A stretch of DNA of 53,963 nt from Planctomycetaceae bacterium (GTDB lineage: Bacteria; Planctomycetota; Planctomycetia; Pirellulales; DASRSE01). Each line of letters starts with the position of its first letter. The first letter of the stretch is position 1. The stretch is from assembly GCA_043738845.1 (NCBI GenBank), contig JAYUFG010000580.1, positions 1 to 53,963 of the forward strand, in the 5' to 3' direction. Below, in pieces: positions 41,058 to 50,590 of the stretch. The notes beneath the pieces are model-generated. The model saw only the letters and a list, made by a program, of their open reading frames with translations, did not search any database and was not told the origin of the DNA. A program made the position numbers and the translations under genes.

Positions 41058-42500
41058 ATGACCCTCGCCGCAATCACCTGGTCCGACCTCGCCGACTTCT
41101 GGCCGCACCTCGTCGCCTTTGTCGCGCTCGTGATCGACATCGTCGCGACGGGTCACGCGATTTTGAACAAGCGCGACATACGGGCGGCGATTGGTTGGGT
41201 CGCGATCATCTGGCTGGTCCCCGTCGTCGGCTTCGCGCTTTACATCTGGCTCGGTATCAATCGAATTCATCGTCGAGCGGCCCGACTGATCGGGCGACAA
41301 TCTCCTTCGGAACGTCAAACGCTCTCTTGTGCCTGCGACCCGGCCGAACTGGATCGACAGCTTCTGCCGTCGGGCGAGCAGATTCGCAATCTGGCCGACT
41401 TCATGCACTGTGTCACCCGTCATCCGCTCCTCAGCGGCAACCGGATTGAACCGCTGGACGGTGCGGAGATTGCTTATCCCACCATGCTCGACGCGATTGA
41501 GCAAACGAAGGTTTCGTTGACGCTCGCCACTTACATTTTCGACAACGACGACACCGGCCGATTGTTCGTGGCAGCCTTGGGTCGCGCGGTCAAGCGGGGC
41601 GTACAAGTGCGCGTCCTCGTCGATGACATCGGTGCCCGATACCATTTGCCAACGGTCGATGGCGCACTGGAAGAGGTCGGCGTGAAGGTCGTCCGCTTTC
41701 TGCCGTCGCTGGTCCCTTTGTCGTTGCCCTATTCGAATCTTCGCAATCATCGCAAGATCATGGTCGCCGACGGGCGAGTCGGCTTTACCGGCGGAATGAA
41801 TATCCGTGGCGGTCCCTTCCGCGATCTGCACTTTCGGATGCAAGGACCGGTCGTCGGTCAAATGCAGCAGGTCTTCGCTGACGATTGGACCTTTGCCACC
41901 GAAGAAGTCTTGCAAGGAACGAAATGGTTTCCACCGCTCGAACCGGCGGGAGACGTTCTCGCGCGGGGTATCGTGGACGGGCCAGACGAGGATTTCGACA
42001 AGCTGCGGATGACGCTCCTCGGTGCGCTGGCGTGTGCCCGGCGGAGGGTCACGATTCAGACGCCCTACTTTTTACCCGACGCCGCCTTGATCACGGCCTT
42101 AAATGTCGCGGCGATGCGAGGCGTTGAAGTCGATATTATTTTGCCGGAGGAAAATAATTTGTCATTGGTGAAGTGGGCGTGCATGGCTCAACTGTGGCAG
42201 GTGCTGGAGAACGGCTGTCGCGTGTGGTACGCTCCGCCGCCGTTCGATCATAGCAAGTTGATGATCGTCGATGGGGCCTGGGTTTTGTTGGGGTCGGGCA
42301 ATTGGGATCCTCGTAGTTTGCGATTGAACTTCGAGTTCAATTTGGAGTGCTATCACCGCGAGTTGGCAGAGAAATTGGAAGCGGAACTCCTGGCGACGAT
42401 ACACAAATCCCGCCCCATCACGCTTAGCGACACCCAACGCCGCAATCTGTTCGTGCGCCTCCGCGACGGATTAGCACGGTTGTTTTCGCCCTATTTATGA
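41058..42500 (+). CDS. cls: cardiolipin synthase (PLD superfamily)
   Basis: Two N-terminal TM segments, two HKD motifs (HRKIMVADG.., HSKLMIVDG..LLGSGNWD) and the PTMLDAIEQTK block. The ATG at 41058 is preferred over the GTG track start at 41034. Confidence 0.9.
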   Translation: MTLAAITWSDLADFWPHLVAFVALVIDIVATGHAILNKRDIRAAIGWVAIIWLVPVVGFALYIWLGINRIHRRAARLIGRQSPSERQTLSCACDPAELDRQLLPSGEQIRNLADFMHCVTRHPLLSGNRIEPLDGAEIAYPTMLDAIEQTKVSLTLATYIFDNDDTGRLFVAALGRAVKRGVQVRVLVDDIGARYHLPTVDGALEEVGVKVVRFLPSLVPLSLPYSNLRNHRKIMVADGRVGFTGGMNIRGGPFRDLHFRMQGPVVGQMQQVFADDWTFATEEVLQGTKWFPPLEPAGDVLARGIVDGPDEDFDKLRMTLLGALACARRRVTIQTPYFLPDAALITALNVAAMRGVEVDIILPEENNLSLVKWACMAQLWQVLENGCRVWYAPPPFDHSKLMIVDGAWVLLGSGNWDPRSLRLNFEFNLECYHRELAEKLEAELLATIHKSRPITLSDTQRRNLFVRLRDGLARLFSPYL

Positions 42501-42579
42501 CCACTACAGATTCAGATTCGACAACGTTGATTGGAACGTCGTAATTGGTAAGCGGATCCCATCGACTAAAAGTCGAACA

Positions 42580-43485
42580 TCACCCAATCGCCGAGAAAAT
42601 ATCCATTAGTCCCAGGGTCACGTTGAAGGTCGCCTCCGCAATGTCGATAGCCAGATCGACGTTGTCGCGATCTTTTGCGGGGAATATGAGAGCGTTTCCC
42701 CCGATGGTTTCATGACGAAGAGTCTGTTTGGCCTGGGCAATCTCGAGGACTTTTTCCTTCTTCAGATTTGCCCACGCACCGGACCGAATCCAATCGACAA
42801 TCCGCGACAGTTCGTCCTCATCAAACCAGACACCGTGGTCGCGGCACCAATCGATGATCACGCCGCTCCGCTGGCCGAAGTTTTTCGGGACCATTAAATC
42901 GTAACAGATGGGACAGGGGCGATAGCGACCGGTGCGGCGGGTTGGCAAATCCTGCTCGGCGGGCCGGGCACGCACGGGAAACACGAGCGGCGTACTCCCG
43001 GCGGCGGCGGTTTCCGCCTTTGTCGCCACGATGCCAAAGGCTTCGACCGTCAGCCATTGGCCACCGCACGTTTCGCATTGCAGCGAATTCACGCTCCCCA
43101 GTGGGCGGCTCTCTAACTGCTGATGATTCATACAGACGGGACAGTGTAGGGGGGACGTGTTTGTCTGGCTCGATTCGGTCAACAAGGCCGTTCCGCAGTG
43201 ATGACAAAACTTCGCGGTGCTGCTCACTCGGGCGAAACAGGCAGGACAAACCGAATCGAGATCGCGATCATGCAGCGTAAAATCAGAATGGCAATAGGCA
43301 CAATTGCTCGCTCCCTCCGAACGGGGCGCACCGCACGACGAACATCGCACGACCGCCGCGTCGTGCCCCGGCGGTGCTTCGATCATTATGTTGCGACCAC
43401 ACTGGCAACGAAATGGCGTGCCGATCGTCCGACCGGTGACATCGTATTGTCGCAAACATTTCGGACAGCGGATTAAGAGCCGCAT
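42580..43485 (-). CDS. multi-zinc-ribbon protein with two TFIIB-type zinc-finger (zf-TFIIB-like) modules
   Basis: Five CxxC-containing ribbons (CPKC..CQC; CSSC..CAYC; CPAC..CHHC; CPVC..CETCGGQWL; CPIC..WCRDHGVWFDEDEL). Confidence 0.75.
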   Translation of the reverse strand: MRLLIRCPKCLRQYDVTGRTIGTPFRCQCGRNIMIEAPPGHDAAVVRCSSCGAPRSEGASNCAYCHSDFTLHDRDLDSVCPACFARVSSTAKFCHHCGTALLTESSQTNTSPLHCPVCMNHQQLESRPLGSVNSLQCETCGGQWLTVEAFGIVATKAETAAAGSTPLVFPVRARPAEQDLPTRRTGRYRPCPICYDLMVPKNFGQRSGVIIDWCRDHGVWFDEDELSRIVDWIRSGAWANLKKEKVLEIAQAKQTLRHETIGGNALIFPAKDRDNVDLAIDIAEATFNVTLGLMDIFSAIG

Positions 43486-43739
43486 GAGAGACCCACACGA
43501 ATGGTGAAAATGGTGACCGTAGACGATTCCACGTGATCGCTGACCATCCGATAATCATCGCCGTAAAGGTTGGAAAAAGCAACGATTTCGAATCGGTTCC
43601 GCCCTCATCCGAACCTTTTTTTCCTCCGATTGTCTCGGTGGACGGGGCATGTCGCGACCATCGAGATTGAAAGGACGGTGAAACATGGGCCAGCCACACG
43701 ACCAACGCAACAACCAACAACACGACTTTTTTCGAGCCG

Positions 43740-43907
43740 ATGAGCAAACGCCGCAAAGGGTTCCCGTCGGAACGCCAAGTGAAACGGGGAGTCCGCATCG
43801 TCCACGGCGATAAACTGCTGGAAGAAAAGCTGGGACGGAATGACCTCTGCCCCTGTGGGTCGCAGAAGCGATTTAAGAAGTGCTGCTTGAAGACAGGCCG
43901 CTTTTGA
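43740..43907 (+). CDS. 55-aa SEC-C metal-binding motif microprotein (below the ORF-track cutoff)
   Basis: My own translation is [55 protein letters not shown]. The C-terminal CPCGS.K.FKKCC is the SecA-C-terminus-type zinc motif. There is an in-frame stop at 43668..43670 and no alternative start upstream of the ATG at 43740. Confidence 0.55.
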   Translation: MSKRRKGFPSERQVKRGVRIVHGDKLLEEKLGRNDLCPCGSQKRFKKCCLKTGRF

Positions 43908-43972
43908 CGGGGCGGTCCTTGATGACTACTTTTAGGGAGTGAGGTGGTCGGTCGCAGTCGAAGGGTACGCAA

Positions 43973-44029
43973 CTTGTACACGCGGCGTCTCGCCACGTCA
44001 CATAGGCGGCGAGACGCCGCTTGTACAAG
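43973..44029. repeat. REP-K inverted repeat (22-bp arms, 21/22)
   Basis: CTTGTACACGCGGCGTCTCGCC (43973..43994) pairs with the reverse complement of GGCGAGACGCCGCTTGTACAAG (44008..44029). Confidence 0.85.
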
Positions 44030-44033
44030 TGGT

Positions 44034-44100
44034 AAGGTACGCATCTATGCGTACCTTGGTTTGGCGTTGCGGAAATTCTTGGTATGCACTGGTGCATACC
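44034..44100. repeat. two further perfect palindromes between convergent genes
   Basis: AAGGTACGCATctATGCGTACCTT (44034..44057) and GGTATGCACtgGTGCATACC (44081..44100). Confidence 0.85.
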
Positions 44101-44138
44101 CTACGCGTTACTCGTTCGATGCCCTGATCGCGGCCGGT

Positions 44139-44609
44139 TTAGGTAACAACAATCAGATCATCGACCCAGATCGCGCCACTCGATATGACCTCTGCCCCAA
44201 TTCCACCACAGTATGCCAAATACTTTAGAATCTCCCGGCGACCGAGGAGAAGGGCTAAGTGAGCGCAAGGTGGATAGGGTTTGAGGCCGCGTAGGACGGC
44301 GGCTCCACATTGAAATTCACGTCCGATAAGCGATTCCAGCCGGACGTTTGAGGTCACGATATTTCGTCGCAGCATCGCACCGGTATACTCGGCGCGATGG
44401 CCCGCGTTAATTGCGGAGATGGCTTCACTTTCGATCAGCGTGACCGATGCGCCCCATCCATTTTGATTGGAATAAAAGCCGGTGCCGAGATGATAGCGGT
44501 CACCCACGATTCCTTTTTCCGCCTCTGCGGTAACGCACTCCATCGACACGAGCGGCTCACCCTTGCTATGAGTAAGGTACAATCCTTCGACTCGTCCCGA
44601 TTGTGCCAT
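44139..44609 (-). CDS. MOSC domain-containing protein
   Basis: GIVGDRYH, SVTLIESEAI, LRRNIVTSNV and the conserved Cys context PYPPCAHL. Confidence 0.8.
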   Translation of the reverse strand: MAQSGRVEGLYLTHSKGEPLVSMECVTAEAEKGIVGDRYHLGTGFYSNQNGWGASVTLIESEAISAINAGHRAEYTGAMLRRNIVTSNVRLESLIGREFQCGAAVLRGLKPYPPCAHLALLLGRREILKYLAYCGGIGAEVISSGAIWVDDLIVVT

Positions 44610-44654
44610 TGGGCCGTCCTCGAACCGTCCGCTGAATCAAAAAACGGAAAATGC

Positions 44655-45443
44655 TCACGTCCCGGGTCGCTTGGCCCACAGGACGCCGTACTTCATGAAA
44701 TGATATTCCAAAAAGTTTTTGTGAATCGTCATCTCGAAGCCATGATCTCGAAGAAGCTTGACGAGTTCACGGTGGTCCTGGCCGGGCGAGTATTCGTGAA
44801 ATTCCATCACGATTTTGTCGAGGCGGTCAAAACCCTTCGTGGAAAGATTGCGAAAAATCTCGTACTCGCCCCCTTCACAGTCGATCTTGAAATAGTTCAC
44901 CTTGTCGATATGGTTCTCGTCGAGGATTCGCTCGAGCGATTTCACATGCACCTTTTCAATGATCGGTTGCGATTGATATTTCCAAAAGAGCAGCTTAATC
45001 ACGAACCGCGTGAACAGTTTCGGCTTCCAGGCTGAACGATGGTTGACGATATTGAAGCCGGGATAGGTAGTGAACTCCCATTCCTGACCGTCGATGCCTG
45101 CCGCCTCGCGAATGGGCACGACGTTTTTCAACCCGTTTTTTTCCAAGTTCATTTGCAGCACGTCCATCACGCTCGTCGGCTCGATGGCCAGGACTTTTCC
45201 CTGCGTCGCTTGGGTCGCCGCCCACAATGAGAAGACGCCGATGTTGGCACCGACGTCCACGACGTTGTCGGTCGGTTTGATTTCAAAACCGGGTCGAGCA
45301 TAACGCCGCTGCGTGAAAATTTCGTTGACGACATACTTCGCCGCGCCCAGTTGTTGTTTGCTTTGCAGATAAAGTTTCAATCCCGGCTGTAATTCGAGCG
45401 TACAGGAAGGGTCGGAGGTCGGATTCGCGGTGGTGGTGGACAT
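44655..45443 (-). CDS. FkbM-family SAM-dependent methyltransferase
   Basis: VVDVGANIGVFSLWAA (SAM motif I), ..YFKIDCEGGEYEIF (FkbM signature). Confidence 0.85.
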   Translation of the reverse strand: MSTTTANPTSDPSCTLELQPGLKLYLQSKQQLGAAKYVVNEIFTQRRYARPGFEIKPTDNVVDVGANIGVFSLWAATQATQGKVLAIEPTSVMDVLQMNLEKNGLKNVVPIREAAGIDGQEWEFTTYPGFNIVNHRSAWKPKLFTRFVIKLLFWKYQSQPIIEKVHVKSLERILDENHIDKVNYFKIDCEGGEYEIFRNLSTKGFDRLDKIVMEFHEYSPGQDHRELVKLLRDHGFEMTIHKNFLEYHFMKYGVLWAKRPGT

Positions 45444-45653
45444 GCGGATTTCTCGGCGGAAGGAAATGTTATGCTGGCAATTTTAACATGAGCCATTGCC
45501 GCCTGCTACCGCTCAGAAAAGGCTTTTTGAGGCACTGATGACGCGGTTGTGACAGGGAGTGTCGATTCGTCGCTACACCATTTGCCCCTTGTCGCCGGTT
45601 TGCGTTTCGTTCATCATTCATGGTTAATTCACTCGTGCTTCGCCAATACCAAA

Positions 45654-45750
45654 GTAGGTCAGGCCTGTGGCCTGACATTGGTGTTTGTTGGCGAACAATT
45701 GATGGAATTTGTTGCCCAGCAAAAATTGTCAGGCCACAGGCCTGACCTAC
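45654..45750. repeat. REP-A bipartite palindromic element (A3)
   Basis: Arms at 45654..45677 and 45727..45750 are perfect 24-bp reverse complements. The element ends 36 nt upstream of the hisG ATG. Confidence 0.9.
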
Positions 45751-45786
45751 GGAATACACTCCAAACTTTTTTGTCTTTCAAAACAC

Positions 45787-46638
45787 ATGAATCCACTTCG
45801 TATTGGCGTTCCCAGCAAAGGCCGGCTCGCTGAACTGGCCGCTGAGATTATGAAGGACGCCGGGCTGGGCTTTCGGCGACAGGAGCGCAGCCTCTTTGCC
45901 CGCTGCAAGGAACTTCCGGTCGATGTCACGTTTCTGCGCACGGAGGACATTCCCGTCCTGTGTGCGGAAGGGGCGATTGATATGGGCCTCACCGGTGCGG
46001 ACCTTGTCGCCGAAAGTTGCGTCGATGTCGTTTCGCGACTGGACCTGGGCGTGGGGTCATGTCGCCTTTCGATTTGCGTTCCCGAGGAAAGCAAGTTCAA
46101 GTCACCCGCTGACTTGCACGGCTGCCGCATCGCCACCAGTTTTCCGAACGTGACGAAAAAGTACCTGAAGGAACAGGGAGCCGACGTTCACCTTGTGACG
46201 CTTTCCGGTTCGGTCGAGATTATGATCGCGCTCGGCGTGGCCGATGCCATTGTGGACCTCGTCGAGACGGGCAGCACCCTCGCGGCGAATCATTTGCGGA
46301 TTCTGGAAAATATCGGCCGCTATGAAACTGTCCTGATCCAAAATAAAAAAACGTCGCACGGCGAGATGTGTGATCGGGTCGTGCGGCGATTGGAAGGGGT
46401 CGTGATCGCCCGCAGTTATTCGCTGTTGGAGTACAATGTCCCGCGTTCCAAGCTGGCGGAGGCGGAGAAAATCACTCCCGGCTTTAATTCACCGACCGTC
46501 AGCACACTAGAGGACAATCAGTGGTGTGCGGTGCGGGTGATGGTCAAGAAGAGCGAAGTGATCGGGATCATGGAGCGGCTCGAATCGCTCGGTGCGTCGG
46601 CGATTTTAGAAACTCGGATTGCCAATTGCCGATTGTAA
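45787..46638 (+). CDS. hisG: ATP phosphoribosyltransferase, long form
   Basis: The ATG at 45787 gives MNPLRIGVPSKGRLAE.. . Motifs DVTFLRTEDIPVLCAEGAIDMGLTGADL and VDLVETGSTLAANHL, plus a C-terminal regulatory domain. The upstream part of the track ORF is REP-A sequence. Confidence 0.93.
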   Translation: MNPLRIGVPSKGRLAELAAEIMKDAGLGFRRQERSLFARCKELPVDVTFLRTEDIPVLCAEGAIDMGLTGADLVAESCVDVVSRLDLGVGSCRLSICVPEESKFKSPADLHGCRIATSFPNVTKKYLKEQGADVHLVTLSGSVEIMIALGVADAIVDLVETGSTLAANHLRILENIGRYETVLIQNKKTSHGEMCDRVVRRLEGVVIARSYSLLEYNVPRSKLAEAEKITPGFNSPTVSTLEDNQWCAVRVMVKKSEVIGIMERLESLGASAILETRIANCRL

Positions 46639-46730
46639 TTTCGTTGGGCGGCAATCTGAGATATTGTTCGGGCAGCACGGAGGCGTTGGCTACACACAAA
46701 TCGGCTGCATCGTCGTCGATGCGCCGATCC

Positions 46731-47711
46731 TTATTGTCCCGCCATCATCGGGAACATTTCGCGAACCATCTGGATCGCGGCCGGGCCGACGAGGACGATG
46801 AAAATGCCGGGGAAGATGAACAGCACCAGTGGGAAGATCAACTTCACCGCTGTTTTGGCTGCTTTTTCTTCCGCCATTTGCCGACGCCGAGTACGCATCG
46901 CATCGCTCTGCACTCGCAATGCCTGGGCGATGCTCGAACCGAACTTGTCGGCTTGAATCAAGATCGCCGCCAAAGCACGCAAGTCATCCACCCCCGTTCG
47001 TGAGCCTAACTCATGCAGCACGTCCGTCCGGGTTCGGCCGACTTGCAATTGGAAATTACACAGACCGAACTCTTCCGCGATCACGGGATAGGTCCGCTTC
47101 ATTTCGTCGCTCACTTTGCGCATTGCTTGATCTAGACCTAAACCGGCCTCGACGCAGACGACAAGCAAATCGAGCGCGTCGGGTAGACCCAAAAAGAGTT
47201 GCTCTTTGCGACCGCGAGCAATGAACCACACGATCAAGCCGGGCAAGTAAAAGCAAAACGCGGCGATTCCGCAGGCATAAACCATCGCCTCTTGTGTGAA
47301 GCCGCTCATCATCAACGTGGAACCACCGCCGACGAGTAGGCCAAACAGCAAGCCAGCGAATTTAACGCCAAGAAAAATCGATGCGGCCGATTCTCCGCGA
47401 AACCCAGCCGCTGACAAAGCCATTTTCAGCTTGTTCGCATCTTTGGCATTCTTAGGTTGCAAAGGCGACCCCAGCGGCGAAGCCTTTTCGAGCAACTTGC
47501 CGAACAGATCTCCCTTTTTCTCGATGTCGGCTGCGGACGATTTCTTGCGGGCGGTCGGATTGCGAAAGACTTCGAGCCGTTCTTCCGCCCGCGGTTTTCG
47601 CGCGGTGAGAAACTCCAGCAGGAAAAAAGCACCAGCGGCAAATCCGCCGAACAAGGCGAACGGCAACAGTCGTTCAAAATCGAACCCGGCACTGGCAATC
47701 AGGATATTCAC
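46731..47711 (-). CDS. type II secretion system F-family protein (TadC-like platform protein)
   Basis: T2SSF-domain pattern with a TM-rich N-terminus and C-terminus. GTG start 5 nt after the upstream TadB-like stop. Confidence 0.85.
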   Translation of the reverse strand: MNILIASAGFDFERLLPFALFGGFAAGAFFLLEFLTARKPRAEERLEVFRNPTARKKSSAADIEKKGDLFGKLLEKASPLGSPLQPKNAKDANKLKMALSAAGFRGESAASIFLGVKFAGLLFGLLVGGGSTLMMSGFTQEAMVYACGIAAFCFYLPGLIVWFIARGRKEQLFLGLPDALDLLVVCVEAGLGLDQAMRKVSDEMKRTYPVIAEEFGLCNFQLQVGRTRTDVLHELGSRTGVDDLRALAAILIQADKFGSSIAQALRVQSDAMRTRRRQMAEEKAAKTAVKLIFPLVLFIFPGIFIVLVGPAAIQMVREMFPMMAGQ

Positions 47712-47716
47712 GGCAA

Positions 47717-48685
47717 TTACACCTTGATATTAACGATTTTACGAATGACGACCGCCCCGAGAAGCTGCGTGAAAATGCCGAAGATCAACATTTTCTTGCC
47801 CATCGGATCGGTGAACAATGCGGTCGCGTATTCGGGATTCAACCGATAAACAGCAGCGAACAACGCCGGCGGCAAGGCGAGGAGCACGATGCCCGACAAG
47901 CGGCCTTCGCCCGTGAGGGCTTGAATCTGTCCCCAAATACGAAAGCGGTCACGAATTAGCTCGCCGATCTTGTCGAGAATCTCGGCCAAGTCGCCGCCCG
48001 TCTGACGTTGCAACACAATCGCGGTGACGAAAAATTTCAAATCGAGATTGGGAACTCGTTCGGTCATGTTGTCGAGGGCTTCGGCCATCGGTATGCCGAG
48101 GTTTTGTTCCTCAAAGACGCGGCCAAACTCCGTACCAATCGGGGCTAACATTTCGTCCGCCACGAGATGAAAACCGCTCTGCAAACTGTGTCCCGCCCGC
48201 AACGCTCGTGACAGGAGTTCCAAAGCGTCGGGCAACTGCCCGCCGAACTTTTTCAGCCGCCTTTTCCGACGCATGGAAAGCCACAACAGAGGCAGCGGTG
48301 CGGAACAAATCGCAAACACCGGAATAAATACCGGACTCAATCCAGACGCGACGGGCACAGCCATTCCCGCCACAGCCATGCCCGCGGAGATCATGGAGAA
48401 CGTAGCCGGCGTGAGCGTCGTATCGGCTTGCTCAAACAAGAGTGAGAGTCGGCTGAAACGCTGCAACAGCTTGGAGAAAAAATCGGTACCTGAGTCGAAC
48501 GTCTGGGCCAAGACGCCGGAATTTCCGGATCCCTCTTTCGTCATACCGGCCACGTTCTTGGTGGTGATCTGAACGAGGCGCGACTCCATTTTCGATTCGG
48601 TAGGCGTGCGAAACAACAGCGCGACCGCGCCGACTAAGCCAGCGACGGCGACGAACGCGAGCAGGGAGATCATTAAAGGAGTCAT
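47717..48685 (-). CDS. type II secretion system F-family protein (TadB-like platform protein)
   Basis: The ATG at 48685 gives MTPLMISLLAFVAVAGLVGAVALLF. The upstream part of the track ORF is REP sequence. T2SSF-like block LPDALELLSRALRAGHSLQSGF. Confidence 0.85.
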   Translation of the reverse strand: MTPLMISLLAFVAVAGLVGAVALLFRTPTESKMESRLVQITTKNVAGMTKEGSGNSGVLAQTFDSGTDFFSKLLQRFSRLSLLFEQADTTLTPATFSMISAGMAVAGMAVPVASGLSPVFIPVFAICSAPLPLLWLSMRRKRRLKKFGGQLPDALELLSRALRAGHSLQSGFHLVADEMLAPIGTEFGRVFEEQNLGIPMAEALDNMTERVPNLDLKFFVTAIVLQRQTGGDLAEILDKIGELIRDRFRIWGQIQALTGEGRLSGIVLLALPPALFAAVYRLNPEYATALFTDPMGKKMLIFGIFTQLLGAVVIRKIVNIKV

Positions 48686-48774
48686 GGGAATCACTCGTAG
48701 TCGATTTAGTTTGTCTGAGGAAACGGGTTTGCCGTTTTTCGTTGTGGGATTAAACGTACTGTTCGGCGTTTTCA

Positions 48775-48936
48775 TTCGCCTGTAAGGCGAAAAGTTTTCA
48801 GCCCAGGGCAACGCCCTGGGTAAGGATAAACCCCACCTCAAAAAAGCCCTGAAAGGGCGTCGCCTTCACTATTTATCGCGCCCCGTCGGGGCTTTCTTCG
48901 GTTGTTGTTGGCCGTTTCCCAGGGCGTTGCCCTGGG
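48775..48936. repeat. REP-L hairpin cluster between cpaF and the tadB-like gene
   Basis: TTCGCCtgtaaGGCGAA (48775..48791), CCCAGGGCaacGCCCTGGG (48802..48820), GCCCTgaaAGGGC, GCCCCgtcGGGGC and CCCAGGGCgttGCCCTGGG (48918..48936). Confidence 0.85.
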
Positions 48937-49058
48937 TTGAAAAATGTCGGCCCTTCAGGCTGTAAATGCCACTCAATGGAAATATCTTAGTTCATTGACC
49001 AGATTGGTTGTGTCATTAGCCGACCGTCGAGTCGAAGCCTGTTTTGTCAGTAATTCTA

Positions 49059-50381
49059 TCAATCGACCATCATCACTCGTTGGCGGAACGCGCTCGCGGG
49101 CAGGCGGATGCCGTGCGATTCGAGCCGGTCCATAAACGTGGGGCGAATTCCGGTCGAGACGAATTTGCCAATCGCTCGACCTTGGTCATCAACGCCGTCT
49201 TGCTCGTACTTGAAGATGTCTTGCATCACGACCGTGTCTTGTTCCATGCCGACGATTTCCGTGATGTGCGTGATTTTTCGTTTGCCGCCTTGCAGACGAT
49301 TCGCCTGAATGATCAGGTCCACACCGCTGGCAATTTGCGACCGCATGGCTTTTAACGGAAGTTCAAAGCCAGCCATCGAAATCATCGTCTCGATACGGGC
49401 AATGGCGTCGCGGGGAGTATTCGCGTGCAGCGTCGTCATCGAACCTTCGTGGCCCGTGTTCATGGCTTGCAACATGTCGAGCGTTTCCGGACCGCGGCAC
49501 TCGCCGATGATGACACGCTCGGGCCGCATTCGCAGGGCATTACGCACGAGGTCGGTCGCGGTGATCGCACCCTTGCCTTCGATATTGGCGGGACGAGTTT
49601 CCAAGCGAACGACGTGATCTTGCTGTAATTGTAATTCGGCCGCGTCCTCAATCGTGATGATTCGATCCGTCGGCGGAATAAAGCTCGATAGTGTATTGAG
49701 CAGCGTCGTTTTGCCGGAACCGGTACCGCCGGAGATAATCACGTTCAGTCGCGACTTGATCGCACCCTCGAGCAACATCACCATTTCGGGCGTGAAGGCT
49801 TTGTAATTCAACAGGTCTTCGAGCTTCAAAGGATTCGAGCCGAAGCGGCGAATTGACATGCTTGGTCCGTCCAAAGCCAACGGAGGAATAATCGCGTTTA
49901 CACGCGAACCGTCCGCCAACCGTGCATCCACCATCGGACAAACTTCGTCCACGCGACGACCAACCCGCGAGACAATTCGGTCAATGATTTGCAGCAAGTG
50001 TTGATTGTCGCGAAACGTGACGGTCGATTTTTCCATTCGGCCTTTGCGTTCCACGTAAACATTTTTTGGTCCGTTGATCAGAATATCGCTAATCGTCGGG
50101 TCTTTGAGCAGGATTTCCAACGGACCAAGGCCAAACGTCTCGTCGAGGACTTCGTCGATCAGTTTGTCGCGTTCGGACCGATTGAGAAGCGTGTCTTCCG
50201 TATCGCACAGATGTTCGACGACGAGGCGGATTTCTCGGCGGAGAACGTCGCCTTGCAAATCGCCAACCTTGGTCAGGTCGAGCTTATCGACGAGCTTCGA
50301 GTGAATTCGCCGCTTGAGTGTTTCGTATTCGTTGTTACCAGCGGTGTTGGCTGGCATGGTCGGTGTCTTGGTCGCTGCCAT
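49059..50381 (-). CDS. cpaF: CpaF/TadA-family secretion ATPase
   Basis: Walker [40 protein letters not shown] and [11 protein letters not shown]. Confidence 0.93.
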   Translation of the reverse strand: MAATKTPTMPANTAGNNEYETLKRRIHSKLVDKLDLTKVGDLQGDVLRREIRLVVEHLCDTEDTLLNRSERDKLIDEVLDETFGLGPLEILLKDPTISDILINGPKNVYVERKGRMEKSTVTFRDNQHLLQIIDRIVSRVGRRVDEVCPMVDARLADGSRVNAIIPPLALDGPSMSIRRFGSNPLKLEDLLNYKAFTPEMVMLLEGAIKSRLNVIISGGTGSGKTTLLNTLSSFIPPTDRIITIEDAAELQLQQDHVVRLETRPANIEGKGAITATDLVRNALRMRPERVIIGECRGPETLDMLQAMNTGHEGSMTTLHANTPRDAIARIETMISMAGFELPLKAMRSQIASGVDLIIQANRLQGGKRKITHITEIVGMEQDTVVMQDIFKYEQDGVDDQGRAIGKFVSTGIRPTFMDRLESHGIRLPASAFRQRVMMVD

Positions 50382-50590
50382 ATTGATACCCGTCCGTTTC
50401 CGTGTGACATGTTTTTCGGAATGAGCAAACCCGTCCGCGGAAAGCGTGTACGCGGATTGCGCAATTCGTCCAGGAAAACATAGCTTACGGGTTTACCAGT
50501 CGGGCAAGTGCGAAGGGTAAAGGAGGTCGATATCGGTTGTGCGGGTGGTATCGAAGGGGAGGGCCGATTGCTGAGTGACAACTCAAACTT

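Noticed and set aside
41040-41915. 291-aa minus-strand ORF
   Set aside because: It is antisense to cardiolipin synthase (two HKD motifs in the sense frame).
43283-44044. 253-aa minus-strand ORF spanning the zinc-ribbon gene start, the divergent spacer and the REP-K palindrome
   Set aside because: It overlaps the 5' end of the zinc-ribbon gene in another frame, runs through repeat DNA, and is antisense to the SEC-C-motif ORF, which has a recognisable motif. Its composition is Arg/Ser/Pro-rich.
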